Origin: Azolla caroliniana
Taxonomy: Eukaryota; Plantae; Polypodiophyta
NCBI GenBank assembly: GCA_043228905.1
Contig: JBHGNT010000015.1
Coordinates: 8,804,001-8,868,000, forward strand
Direction of reading: 5' to 3'
DNA: 64,000 bases
Below the pieces are notes generated by a model. It made no database searches. It saw nothing but the letters and a program-made list of their open reading frames with translations, and had not been told where the DNA came from. This document shows, in pieces, positions 12,596 through 23,869 of the stretch (its first letter is position 1; each line of letters opens with the position of its first letter). The position numbers were made by a program, and so were the translations under genes.

Positions 12596-13228
12596 ACGCT
12601 ATGCCAGTCAATAAGGTGCCCACTAACCTAACTCGTGATGCATTAATCAGATAACACATGGGATGCATTTAGATTACCAACCCCACTTGATTCAAGAAAC
12701 CTCAGAAATGCGCCCTCGAACCATCAAATTTAGCTGGGAGACTGATTTTGGGCTCCTTAATACTTCCTTGACCTTTGACCCTTTGTTGTTGTAAAATTAC
12801 AATTGTTGATTCTAATTGTTGCACCCGTCGCGTAAACTCTTCTTGTTGTTGTTACTTCTCCAAAGTAACCTTTTGTAGATCCCCAAGAAGATGTTGATTC
12901 TCTAATTCAAGAGATGCGAACTTAGATTTACGATTCTCCACTTCTGCAGCAAGGGTGATATATTCTTCTGAGTTAATGGTAACCGTGGTTTCTTGATGTT
13001 TATAGAGGAGGATAAAGGAGAGAGAGAGAGAATTCGAATCAAACTGTCAGAACCAAAAGAAAAGATAGAGTGGCGGAAGCAAGATTGAAAGAGGTCACAA
13101 GAAAAGAGGAATGAAGTGATAAGAGAAGAACGAATGTATTAATAAGCTGGAATGAAAATGGATACAAGATAGGCGATGAAAGCTTAAGACTGTTCTACCC
13201 ATTATGTATGTCTATATTTATAGGTTCC
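12596..13228 (-). mobile_element. Family C gag 5' end, leader and truncated 5' LTR
   Basis: Near-identical to 14665-15290 from about 12655 onward; the LTR starts TGTCAGAACC at about 13045 and is cut at 13228. Confidence 0.8.
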
Positions 13229-15310
13229 GTGAGTGGCACTAGAATTTGGATGTCTGAATTGCCGTGAGTGGCACTAGAAGGTGTCACTAATATTGCAAAT
13301 AAGACAAGTTTCTCCTTTCCTCCCACTTGGGACAATTGTTGCAATGTGATGGTTGAGATTTGGTGAAAAGGAGATGGTGCACTCATAGAACTATATTCTT
13401 TAATAGAATAGTCCTGGGTTCGATCCTTATTATTGATGTTTTCTGTAGAAGGGCACCAAATTTCTCGCCGCCTCCAATCGATTCTTGGGTTATGTAGCTC
13501 AAATCATGGCAAACCAAGGAGAAATGGATGCTCAGGTCTATGGATTATGTTATAGGAGACTACACATCCAAAATCACCTAAGAGTATGTGTATTTGCTCA
13601 GACTCTTCGAATATCTTCCCGGAAGCTATGGGATGCCCATCAATCACTACTACAGAAACTGGGCAAGGAAGTGTATGCAAGGATATTTGATGTTTTTGGG
13701 CAAAATCTCTATCCATGAAACAAGAATTGGCTTCGGTATCTAAGAGGGTTTGGATGTGAAGTTGACAACTCGGTGTCCTAATTTGTACTTGGGTTGAGAA
13801 GACTCTACTAACATGCTTGGATGAAATGGAACCTACACTAGGTTGTATAGATCTAGGGTTGTCCAACCAAATGACTCCTATTTTGGCCGGACTTATTCGT
13901 TTGACTCCTCTTCTAATTGGCTTAGGACTTCAAACTTATTGGACAATGGTGGATTATTCATAATATTAGAATCACTAAGTGCTTTGAAAATGTTGGATTC
14001 ATTTTTATTGTCATAGTGAATTTGATTTACCTGACGTCTTGGCCTACGGGAGAAATGAATTGCTATATGCCCTGGACCTCCGCAATATAAGCATAGACAG
14101 TTTGCTCAACGTCATTGCTTTTCTTTGTTCGACAATGGTCCTCATCGTTGGGTCATATCGATCTCCATGGGTGTTGGCTTATCCATTCGGGTTGGACTAC
14201 GTCTTTGCCTTGGGGTTGGAGCAGGGTTATACGTTTGCCTTGGAGACGATTGCAGCGTTACTGATGCATAAGTTGGTGTGTATCTTGATCTTGTTGTTGT
14301 TGTCGTTCACATCGACGCTCAAAAAGACGATTATCACACCGTATTGCTCGACTAAGAGCTTCTGTAAGTAATTTTGGATCCTCGAGGAAGGTAAGAAGTA
14401 AGTCCTTCACATCACTAGGAAGACCGGAACAAAATTGCTCCATTAGGGCTTGTTCATCCCAAGGAATATCTCTTGTCATGCGACGGAAATTAGCTGAATA
14501 TGTTGATGTTGGTTGATCATCTTAACGTAGTGTACTAATCTTGTTGATTGTTGTTCTTGCCCCATCTGTATCTCTGAACCAAGCCTTAAATTCTTCGACA
14601 AACTCCTCGAAATTATGTAGTAGAGGAGAATTTGTCTTAGTAATGGAGCAAACCATTAGAACACTATGCAGTCAATAAGGTGCCCACTAATCCGACTCGT
14701 GATGCATCTGTCGAATAACACATGGGATGCATTTAGATTACCAACCCCACTTGATTCAAGAAACCTCAGAAATGCGCCCTCGAACCATCAAATTTAGCTG
14801 GGAGACTGATTTTGGGCTCCTTAATACTTCCTTGACCTTTGACCCTTTGTTGTTGTAAAATTACAATTGTCGATTCTAATTGTTGCACCCGTCGCGTAAA
14901 CTCTTCTTGTTGTTGTTACTTCTCCAAAGTAACCTTTTGTAGATCCCCAAGAAGATGTTGATTCTCTAATTCAAGAGATGCGAACTTAGATTTACGATTC
15001 TCCACTTCTGCAGCAAGGGTGATATATTCTTCTGAGTTAATGGTAACCGTGGTTTCTTGATGTTTATAGAGGAGGATAAAGGAGAGAGAGAGAGAATTCG
15101 AATCAAACTGTCAGAACCAAAAGAAAAGATAGAGTGCCGGAAGCAAGATTGAAAGAGATCACAAGAAAAGAGGAATGAAGTGATAAGAGAAGAACGAATG
15201 TATAATAAGCTGGAATGAAAATGGATACAAGATAGGCGATGAAAGCTTAAGACTGTTCTACCCATTATGTCTGTCTATATTTATAGGTTCCTATAGAATA
15301 GCCTAGAGAT

Positions 15311-15353
15311 TTCTATAATGTTCTAGAATATTCTAGAATCTTCCAAAACATTC
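15311..15353. promoter_or_regulatory. Heat-shock element array in family C LTR U3 (others at about 15740-15870, 16307-16375, 26458-26545, 26910-26990, 28508-28590)
   Basis: TTCtaGAAtaTTCtaGAAtcTTC is alternating nGAAn/nTTCn, just upstream (element sense) of a TATAAATA box. Confidence 0.7.
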
Positions 15354-15401
15354 AAAATACTCAGTCTATTACAAGAAGTAGCTTTTATCATTTCATATGA
15401 T

Positions 15402-15473
15402 CATACGCTATCTTAATGGGTAGGTTCTTGATTATGTATTACAAGGTCTTGGGTTTAAGCCCAAGTGAAGCCA
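15402..15473 (+). ncRNA. tRNA-like A/B-box module in family C LTR (duplicate 26595-26666)
   Basis: TATCTTAATGG at 15409; GGGTTTAAGCCC, and GGGTTCAAGCCC with a CTTGGG/CCCAAG stem in the duplicate; 44-nt spacing. Confidence 0.62.
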
Positions 15474-15497
15474 TGATGTTTATGTATTCATGACACT

Positions 15498-16000
15498 TGT
15501 TGGAAGAAGGAGAAATAAAAGATTGGACCAAACTCTCAAGACAAAGAGAAAGAGAGAGAGGAAAAGAGATACAATGTTAAGATAGAAAGAGAGAATTGTT
15601 AAGAAAGTATTGTATTGCAATATAAGATGGAGAACAAAGAGTAGACAGTTGGGAGCTATAGGATGGCGTTGAACCAATTTGGTTTTTGGAGGATTGATAG
15701 ATCCTTATTTATAAGTCCTTATAGAGTAAAATAGGTTACTCTAGAATATTCTAGGACATTCTAGAATCTAGAGTAATCTAGTAGTCTAGAAGGTTCTAAC
15801 ATATAGAACACTCTAGTAATCTAGTAGTCTAGAAGGTTCTAACATATAGAACACTCTAGAATATTCTTATGATATTAGATTATATATTCTAAAAACCATA
15901 CACATAAACATGTTACTACAATGGTTGAAGATTTGACATGTCTATAACAAGGTTGTGGGTTCAAATCCTTTCGAGGCATCATGTGAGTGTCATCATGACA
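15498..16000 (-). mobile_element. Family C-related LTR, probably solo (duplicate 26691-27146)
   Basis: TG...CA termini; same layout as its neighbours: minus-strand TATA, HSE array, tRNA-like module. Confidence 0.7.
15907..15979 (+). ncRNA. tRNA-like A/B-box module in the LTR (duplicate 27053-27125)
   Basis: TACTACAATGG at 15914; GGGTTCAAATCC at 15957. Confidence 0.6.
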
Positions 16001-16426
16001 GTCAAGGAACAACTTCTTCCCCCCTTGTAGGACTGAGAGACCTACCTGGGACGGAACCTGTCAGAACAAAACAAGAGATTCAACGATTGAAGAAAGGTAT
16101 AAGAGAATAGACTAAGAGAGGACGATTGAAGGAAGGTATAAGAGAATAGAAGAAGAGAGGAGAATGGATTGATAAGAGAAGAGTGGGTTTATTAGAATAG
16201 AATGAGTACAAGGTAGGCTTGGAGCACAAGCCTTGTGTTTATTCGAACTGATTTGATATGATCTATTTGTCTCTATTTATAGGTTTCTTTAGAATAGCTT
16301 AGAGATTTCTAGAATGTTCTAGACCTAGAATATTCTAGGGTGTTCCAGAAGATTTCTAGAATGTTCTAGAAGTTTCTCTGATACAATAATCACTATGAAA
16401 AGTAGTCTTTTATCATTTCATGTCCT

Positions 16427-16497
16427 CATAGGTTACCTTAATGGTTAGCTTTCAATTTCGTAATACGAAGTCCTGGGTTTAAGTGCAGGTGAGGCGT
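16427..16497 (+). ncRNA. tRNA-like A/B-box module in the family C 3' LTR (duplicate 28640-28710)
   Basis: TACCTTAATGG at 16434; CCTGGGTTTAAGTGCAGG T-arm-like segment; degenerate. Confidence 0.55.
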
Positions 16498-16990
16498 AGT
16501 GTTCACGGATTCACGACATTATCCCTCATCTTAAAACGACAAGTGGAAGGAGTTGTTAACAATGCAGGGCCGGGTTTGTTGGGATAGTGACGATGGAAGT
16601 CGTCGATAAGAGCTTGAGCACAAACATTATCGACAGGTTCCTATGTGCGATTGCTCAAGGTATACCCTAGCCAATCAACTACATAATACAACTTGTTGGA
16701 AACAATCTTAGAATCAAAGAATGGAGGCTACCTCGTACTCTAGGCCATCAACATGTTGGAGAGGAGGCGGCAACAACTTGACATGATTGGGAATCGAGCT
16801 GGTGTGGCAAGGTTCCAAAGAGAGTTGTAAAAGACTAGATGAAGCCGCAAATTTACAGGAAGATCAAGACGGAATGTTGCATCATTTATCCGCTCTGTGA
16901 TGACAAAAGGACCCAAGTGTTTATATTCTAGCTTGTCACATGGTTGAGTAGTCTTTATGTGCCAACAACAATTCCTAACCCTCCACAAGT

Positions 16991-19666
16991 AGGGTGAGTC
17001 AAGGCGGTGTCGCGAGCCGACGAGAGAAGAGCACAACAAACTGTTGGTATTGTGGTCGAAAGGGCCATACAAAGAGCGAGTGCTGGAAGACGGGCACTGA
17101 TTCGGACAAATCCGGATCCGGCAAGGCCGGACAAGGAACAGGCAAAGCTCGCACTACGTCGAGGAATCGGAAAAATCTGGTTTCGGAAATGGAACAAACC
17201 CAGCCTTTGTGATGAAACACAAGGCTAACTCGATGAAGAAGACCACTTTTGGTTTTAAGGACGTGTGGTATGTTGACTACGGAGTATCGAACCATATGAG
17301 GAGACACGAAGAATGATTCTCATTCCCAGAAAAACCGGAGCAATCGGGTGTTGTCAAAACCGGAGACGACACTCATATCATCGAGAACATCGGTGAGATC
17401 CCTCTAAACCATGTCGGGCAGAAGGGAAAGCTAATGAATGTCTTGCACGTCCCGACAATCAAAAAGAATCTCGTGTCAGTCGAATAGATTGTCGATCAAG
17501 GGATCCAGGTTCGGTTCACGCACCTCGAGTGCTTCATTGAAGAAGAGGGCAAAGTCATCGCGCAAGGGCGCCGAGACGAGAGGATGTTTATCGTCGAGAC
17601 GAATGATGTTGGCACCACTATGTTCGGGGAAGGGCAGAAGGTCGGGCACAAGTGAATCGGCCACATCAATTTCCAGAAGTTTCAAGAGATGCAATCGAAA
17701 CACTTGCTTTCCGTCCTGCCGAAGTTTAGTGGCCAAAAAGGCCAAATATTTGAAGCTTGCTAACTCAGGATGCAGCATAGGCTTCCATTCCCCGACGAGA
17801 AGAATCAGAGTCGGAATCAGCTTGATCTCATCCATTTGGTTGTGTGGGGACCGGCACCATACATGAGCATCGGTGGAAGTCGGTATTTCATCTCCTTCAT
17901 CGACGATTTCACCCGGCACACTTGGATCTATCTAATCCAGAAGAAAAGCAAAGTCTTCTCGTGTTTCCGGGATTTGAAGAACCTCATCGAATGTTAGACC
18001 GGAAGAAAGATCAAGTGTCTGAGAATAGATGGCGGAAAAGAGTACTTTTCCAACTAGTTCACGAGCTTTCTGCAAACAAAGGGAATCCAATGGGAATTCT
18101 CTTGTAGATACACGCTCGAACAGAACGGCGTGGCTGAGCATTGGAACAGGATGCTGGTAGAAGCGGCAAAGGCGATGCTTGAGGAGAAAAACATGCCCAA
18201 GTTTTATTGGGCTGAAGCAATTCGGACAACTGTCTACATCTAGAATCGGATATCGGCCCCAGGGATAAAGGTGTCGTCGCATGAACTTTATTTCGAGCGG
18301 AAGCCAAATTTGGCACACCTTCGGGTGTTTGGTAACATTGCATATGTGCATGTACCGAAAGAAAAACGGAGAAAGTTAGATGCAAAAGCTGAAAAATGCA
18401 TTCTCGTCGGCTACTCGGATGAATAAAAGGGTTATAAGTGTTATAACCCCCGATCTTGGTACTTCTCTCCACCCGAACCCGAGCAAACTGTTGTTGATGA
18501 TCCAAAACAGAGAGAAGTGTCGCGAACTCCAAACAACTGGATAGTCTGATTTCTCGCCTAATGACTAGACCGAATCCGAGTACACGGGTCGGCCGAGAAA
18601 GCCGATACTAGACACAGGGGGAGCCACCGGAACAAAGAGCCCAAGCCGAAAACAACCAAAGCAGGGGGAGACAAGAAGAAAAAGGAAGCCGAGTCGATTG
18701 AAGAAGTCGGCAAATCCGATAAAGTCAGAACAATCGGCGACGGCAACAGATTCAAGAAGGACAGAGCTGACCAGAACGAGAAGGCCAAGACCCGCATGTG
18801 GTCCGATGTGATGAAGGGCTTGAAGGTGAAGACGAATTGGAGACAACCAATTCAGACAAGATCTGGAACGAATCGAAGGCAGCTGATTTGGAAGAGGAGT
18901 TTGGTTTGGAGGAGACAGATTAAGTCGTGGCCAAACAGACAAGAAGGCAGTGAAAGTCACCACTAACATTGAGGAACCAATGGGTCGAGAAGCGTCGAAG
19001 TCACACCAGCAAAAGAGCTGAGAAGAGCCGTATGATTAGAAAACCGAAAGAGAAGGTCATGATGCACGGGACCGGATGGGTCATGGGAAGCAGAACGGGA
19101 TAGGTCAAGGAGCACGAGCAAGGCGAGAAGATGCTTGGAGGAGCCAAAGGGAAAGACCAACAAACATTGACATCGACACAACAATCAGACCTCAAGCCGG
19201 AGGGAAAGACCGGCAGACATTGACACCGACACAACGGTCAGACCTCAAGTTGAGCTTGAAGGTGAGTGTTGAGCGAACATGCTCAACTAGATCCGGGTCG
19301 GCTGAATAAGCCAAAGCCGGATCGTATGCGGATAGGATTCTAAACCTCGAGCTGGATCGGATTGTAACCGGTAGGCCGTTAGAGGCCTACGAATCTAGCC
19401 TAGTACGTAGGCATATTTTCTGGGAGTTAGTGTTAGTCACTCGCATGAGCATTGAAGTACTTGTTAGTACTTCTGTCAGTCCTTTTAAGGACTTGTATAA
19501 AAGTGTTGACAAAGCACATTGTATGTATAGAGTGTTGTTAGTGTTTTTGGAATATACACATTTCTGTGTTCTGCTCTAACTTTGTCTCTCCCATGTAAGG
19601 TTTCCATAAACCTATGTTTGTATTCTTTAGCTATCTAAATGAGCCGGTTTTGTCTTAGCTTCAACA
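16991..19666 (+). mobile_element. Ty1/Copia family D fragment (gag knuckle, PR, INT; no RT/RH seen) with 3' LTR 19267-19666
   Basis: CWYCGRKGHTKSEC; LIHLVVWGPAPYMSIGGSRYFISFIDDFTRHTW; LTR TGTTGA...TCAACA preceded by a purine-rich tract. Confidence 0.85.
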
Positions 19667-20459
19667 ATCTTATTCTTTTACTACCATTAGTCTCAGGGGG
19701 ATAGCCTGAAGAAATCTTAGCCGAAATTCGGAGAAGTTTGAATATGTGCTTCCAAAACTTTGCGATGAATTATGGGCCACGATAACTAATAATATCATCC
19801 GGAAGACCATGTTTCCTGAATACCTCCCACATAACTAGATCGACCGCCTCTTGACTAGTAATAGACTTTGTACATGGCAAGAAATGTGCCATTTTGGTAA
19901 GTTGATTGACCACAATGAGAATTGCATCAAAACCTTTCAAAACTGGGAGATTGGTAATGAAATCCAAGGATATATACTTCCAAGGATTTTCAGGAATGGG
20001 AAGTAGTTGTAGTAGCCATAGGATCAGTGTCGAGGACTCTTTGATCGACAACACGTATCACAACTACGAACATACTCCTCAACAAAATGACGAAGGTGAG
20101 GCCACCAATATTGCCAAGAAACTAATTCTAGAGTTTCGAACTCCAAAATGTCCAACCATTGGTTTGTCATGGAAACATTTTAAGACTTGTCATCGCGGGG
20201 GACCATTAGGAACATACAATAGGTTTTGTCTAAACAAACTACCATGCCAATAGAACTAACAATAGTCATTACTAGGGTTTTTTTACTACGAGCAAGAAGC
20301 ATGATCTAGGACAATATGATGCAAAACATCATTGGCAATTTCATTAGTGGCCATATGATGTCGAATGGAGTCAAGAAGAGTGGAATCTTCAAGTATTGTT
20401 ACGGCATTAGCTGCCATTAATCGTAGGCGATTAGGACCCAAAAGGATTTGTTTTTTATG

Positions 20460-22597
20460 CTTGTCTCTCTCCCTTACCTCTCTCCTATTTCCTTTCTCTC
20501 TCTTACTTTGTCTAGTTTACAAATCCATCTCTCTCCTCTCTCTACCCTCTTTCTCTCTCTTACTTTTCACTCATTTTCCCACCCTTGATTCTCGTAGATC
20601 TACTAACTCCCCTTATGTCTACTCATTTCTCTCTTTCTCTCTCTCTCTCTCCATCTCACATATTTTCCTTATTCCCCCCTCAATCTTAACTCCCCCTTTT
20701 AATATTTCCCCTCTTTTTACATTTCATATCCTAACTCTCTCTTTTCTTCTTATCCCTCCTTAACATTATAACATCTTTTTCCTTATACCAAAACCTCCCC
20801 CTTGTCACATTAAAGCTCATATATCCTTTTCCTTCTTCTCCAAATCTTCCTCTTTTCAAATCATATCTATAAGCACACACCCCCACTCCCTATTGTCATT
20901 TCTCTGAACCCTCTCCTAAAACTCCTTATATAAACCTATCCACCCCTAATGGTCATTTTAGCACTGATGAGCCCCGTAGTGGGCGAAACTAGTTTGCTCA
21001 TGACCATATCCCCATGTAATTTCTTTTTCAATCTTAATGATAATTAGTAATAGCTTTGTTCTTAATCACACTCTCTCTCTCTTAACATGGTAGTAACATT
21101 TGTTTGAGTCTTTTCAATTAATACTTAATGACTAGCCCTCTCTCCCTTTCTCATTATATTTTTAGATATTTTAGTTATATTTAAGTTTTAATCCCTATAG
21201 TAATTTAAGTTATCAAGGTTTAATCTCTCTCTCTCTCTCTGATGCTCTCTAAGTCGTGCACCAATGATACACCATTCGCACTCCTTGTCGACAATCGTAT
21301 GATCAACAAAACTCATGATCCCGCATTTTCTATGGAGGCCCATGTATCGAGGATAGGAATCCACGACGAGATAGCATTGTCAACCACCGAGTCCTCATTC
21401 GTGTCGAGTGCCCCCACAAAGCATTACGTGGCATTGCAATGGCGTCATCGACTTGTCTCTCATATCCTCTCACATAACAAGCTCTCAACACTCTATCGTA
21501 CTTTTCGCACATCATTGTGTTGTAAGCATGGGACTACATTCAGTAGCCATGGATTTCCCATTTCTTATCCCTCTTTCATTGTATATGTTAGGGACTACAT
21601 TCGGTAGTCGACATTATTTTCCTTTTGTATCTCAAACCCTAAACTATATCACCAATCACGATGCTTCTCACCCACATCCCTACATATGCACTCACTCCTT
21701 GTTAGATTTTTCATATTTTTAGCCCTACCCCTCCCATAGTTTCACCTATTTTGAGCCCTACCATTCCCCTACTTTCTTCTATTTTCAACCCTACTCCTCC
21801 TCTACGTTCTCCTATTTCCGGCCCTACCCCTCCTACTTTCTCCTAATTTCAGCCCTACCCCTTCCCCTACTTATTTCATAATTTTACTCATACCTCTCTC
21901 CTACACTTTTATTAAAAACCTAATCTTTAGATTATATTTACCCACTACCCCCCTCATCGATTTCCATATATTTTAACTTTACCCCTCCCCTTAACTTTTC
22001 TTTCTTTTAGTAGCTTTATAATGCAACCTCACTTTCTTTTTATTTGTAGTTTCTACCCTCACCCATGTTTTACCATTTTTTATTTTTTATTTTTTATTTT
22101 TCCTACCCCTCCCTCTTTTCTCTCCATAACACTCTTCTCCTTTTTTATTCCCCTCTCTCTTTGAATTCTTGGTTGCCCCATATATTTCTTCTCTCTCTCT
22201 CCTACCTCTCTCTCTCTCTCTCTCTCTCTCCTACCGCTACCCCTCCCTTTTCTTTTTAATTATCACCCTACCCCTAACCTTAACCCTCCCTAGCTCACAC
22301 CAAGTGTATCAAATGGTTTGGGTGCGCTCAATCGTTCTTGGTGAACTTTTCACTTAACCCCCAATTTGTCAACTTACCCCCCTACCCCTCCTTTACCTTC
22401 CAAAATTACTTTTCCTAAATTACCCTTAATTACCCTCCTACCCTTCCCCCTCACTTTTTCCAAATTACCTTTCTACCCCTCCTCCCACTTTCTCCTATTA
22501 CCACCCTACCCCTCCCCTAAACCTCCCCCATAGTTTATCACCGACCGATGATACACCATTCACACTCCTTGTCGACGATCGTATGATCAACAAAATT
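20460..22597. other. Unclassified pyrimidine-rich insertion in chromovirus pol, containing a hammerhead ribozyme
   Basis: Strong CT skew, CTACCCCTCC-like repeats, ~55-bp direct repeat at 21265 and 22549, no credible ORF; splits RH from INT. Confidence 0.6.
20949..21007 (+). ncRNA. Type I hammerhead ribozyme (minimal, palindromic stem III)
   Basis: ATGGTCAT-ttt-AGCA-CTGATGA-GCCC-cgtagt-GGGC-GAAAC-ta-GT-T-TGCT-c-ATGACCAT: complete core, stems I (4+8 bp), II (4 bp) and III (AACTAGTT palindrome). Confidence 0.85.
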
Positions 22598-23272
22598 CAT
22601 GCACCTCATAGTTTATCTCCGCAGTAGTAAATTTTCTCGAGTGAAACGCGACTGGATGGGACTGCCCGTCCTTGCCTAGTTGGGATAGGATACTCCCCAA
22701 TGCAAAGTCTGATGCATCCAATTCAATGGTAAATGGATTTTCGGGATCAATATGTCCTAATATAGGAGCTAATGTGAATGCCTCTTTGAGCTGAGTAAAG
22801 GTTGTGTCCGCTTCAATAGTCAAAACAAATGCTTGGTTCTTCTTGGTGAGTTGGGTGAGAAGCAACACGATCTTTGAATAACTCCATATGAATTTGCATT
22901 AGAAGTTAGCAAATCCGAGAAAACATTGGATGTCTCGAACAGAATGTGGGGGTTGCCATTCCAATATTGTTTTGACTTTTGTTGGATCCATGAAGATACC
23001 CTTAGATGAAATAGTATAACCCAAGAATTCGACTTGTTTGCTGTCAAGACTGCACTTCTCAAGTTTGGCATACAGACCATACTTTCTTAAGCGTTCAAGT
23101 ACTTCCCGGACATGTATATCATGCTCCTCCTGTGTTTTAGAGTAAATCAATAGATCATCTAAATAGATTATGAGAAAGATATCCAGAAAATCTCGGAAAA
23201 TGTCATTTGCCATAAGTTGGAAAACTGTGGGTGCATTCGTCAGCCCGAAAGGCATGACTGTATAGTTGAAAT

Positions 23273-23869
23273 TGTTGGGAGACAGGTCCCTGCGGATGGG
23301 AAGGGAGAAGAACAGTGCTGATGAACAAACTCGGCCGAGGCCGAAACCGGATGAGGAGTACCCGGCTACGGAGAGCCAGATGGTGCAGACCCAGTGAGAA
23401 GTGCTCACCGGATGAAGAGACATAATAGTAAATATGTTTATGAGAGTCCATCATGGCTATATTTGTAAATAGCCGAAAAGTCATATTAGTATAAATATGA
23501 CTTAGGGCAAACTTCTAGTTAACGGTTGTTATTATTCTTGTTGGTGCAAGGAGAGAGAGAGCGCGGAACTGTGTACAGAGAGAGAGAGAGAGAGAAAGAG
23601 GTCGTCGCCTCTGTTGTAACCGCCGCGTGTGGCGAAGATTGTGAGCACGAGGTCGTTGCCTCCGTGAACTCACTGTTGTACATTCTAGCATAGTGATAGT
23701 TTGCAGCCTGTGGGCTGCCGTAGTTTTTCCCTACTTTGGGCTTTCCACGTAAACATCCTGTGTACTCTTCTCCTCTTTGTGTTGTGCGTTTCATTTCCTG
23801 TTTTCTGTGTATGATTTTAAGCTCGGTTGTGGCCGAGCATTGCGCATAAGGAGCGTTCAGTTCCCGTCA
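23273..23869 (+). mobile_element. Copia (family E-like) solo LTR with TSD GAAAT, inserted in chromovirus RT
   Basis: TGTTGGGA...CCCGTCA flanked by GAAAT at 23268-23272 and 23870-23874; splits YGHF|NYTVMPFG. Confidence 0.9.

Larger units (their letters stand above)
13238..15495 (-). mobile_element. Family C chromovirus 5' portion: LTR 15109-15495, gag, protease
   Basis: LTR TG...CA; protease LLDTEANSCFMD (13504-13866); gag fragments. Confidence 0.85.
13238..18430. repeat. Segmental duplication copy 1 (copy 2 is about 24331-32938, with later insertions)
   Basis: Colinear near-identity: C gag-PR, three LTRs, chromodomain, Copia D fragment. ORF pairs such as 13485-13718 and 24574-24807 are identical. 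Confidence 0.92.

Noticed and set aside
13411-13427. B-box-like GTCCTGGGTTCGATCC (also about 24500)
   Set aside because: It lies within the PR-RT linker coding region, with no convincing A box at the right spacing.
17009-17020. TGTCGCG as another family B LTR start
   Set aside because: It is part of Copia gag coding sequence just before the zinc knuckle, with no matching end.
22268-22290. Telomere-like CCCTAACCTTAACCCT near the ribozyme-bearing insert
   Set aside because: Only 2-3 imperfect units in C/T-rich DNA; too weak to support a telomeric association.
20365-22357. Hydrophobic ORFs (20365-20763, 22065-22259 and similar) as membrane proteins
   Set aside because: They are translations of CT-rich low-complexity DNA.
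23318-23352. Second hammerhead (CTGATGA...GGCCGAAACCGG) in the Copia solo LTR
   Set aside because: Extra bases lie between the core and stem II, and there is no NUH triplet or stem I pairing.
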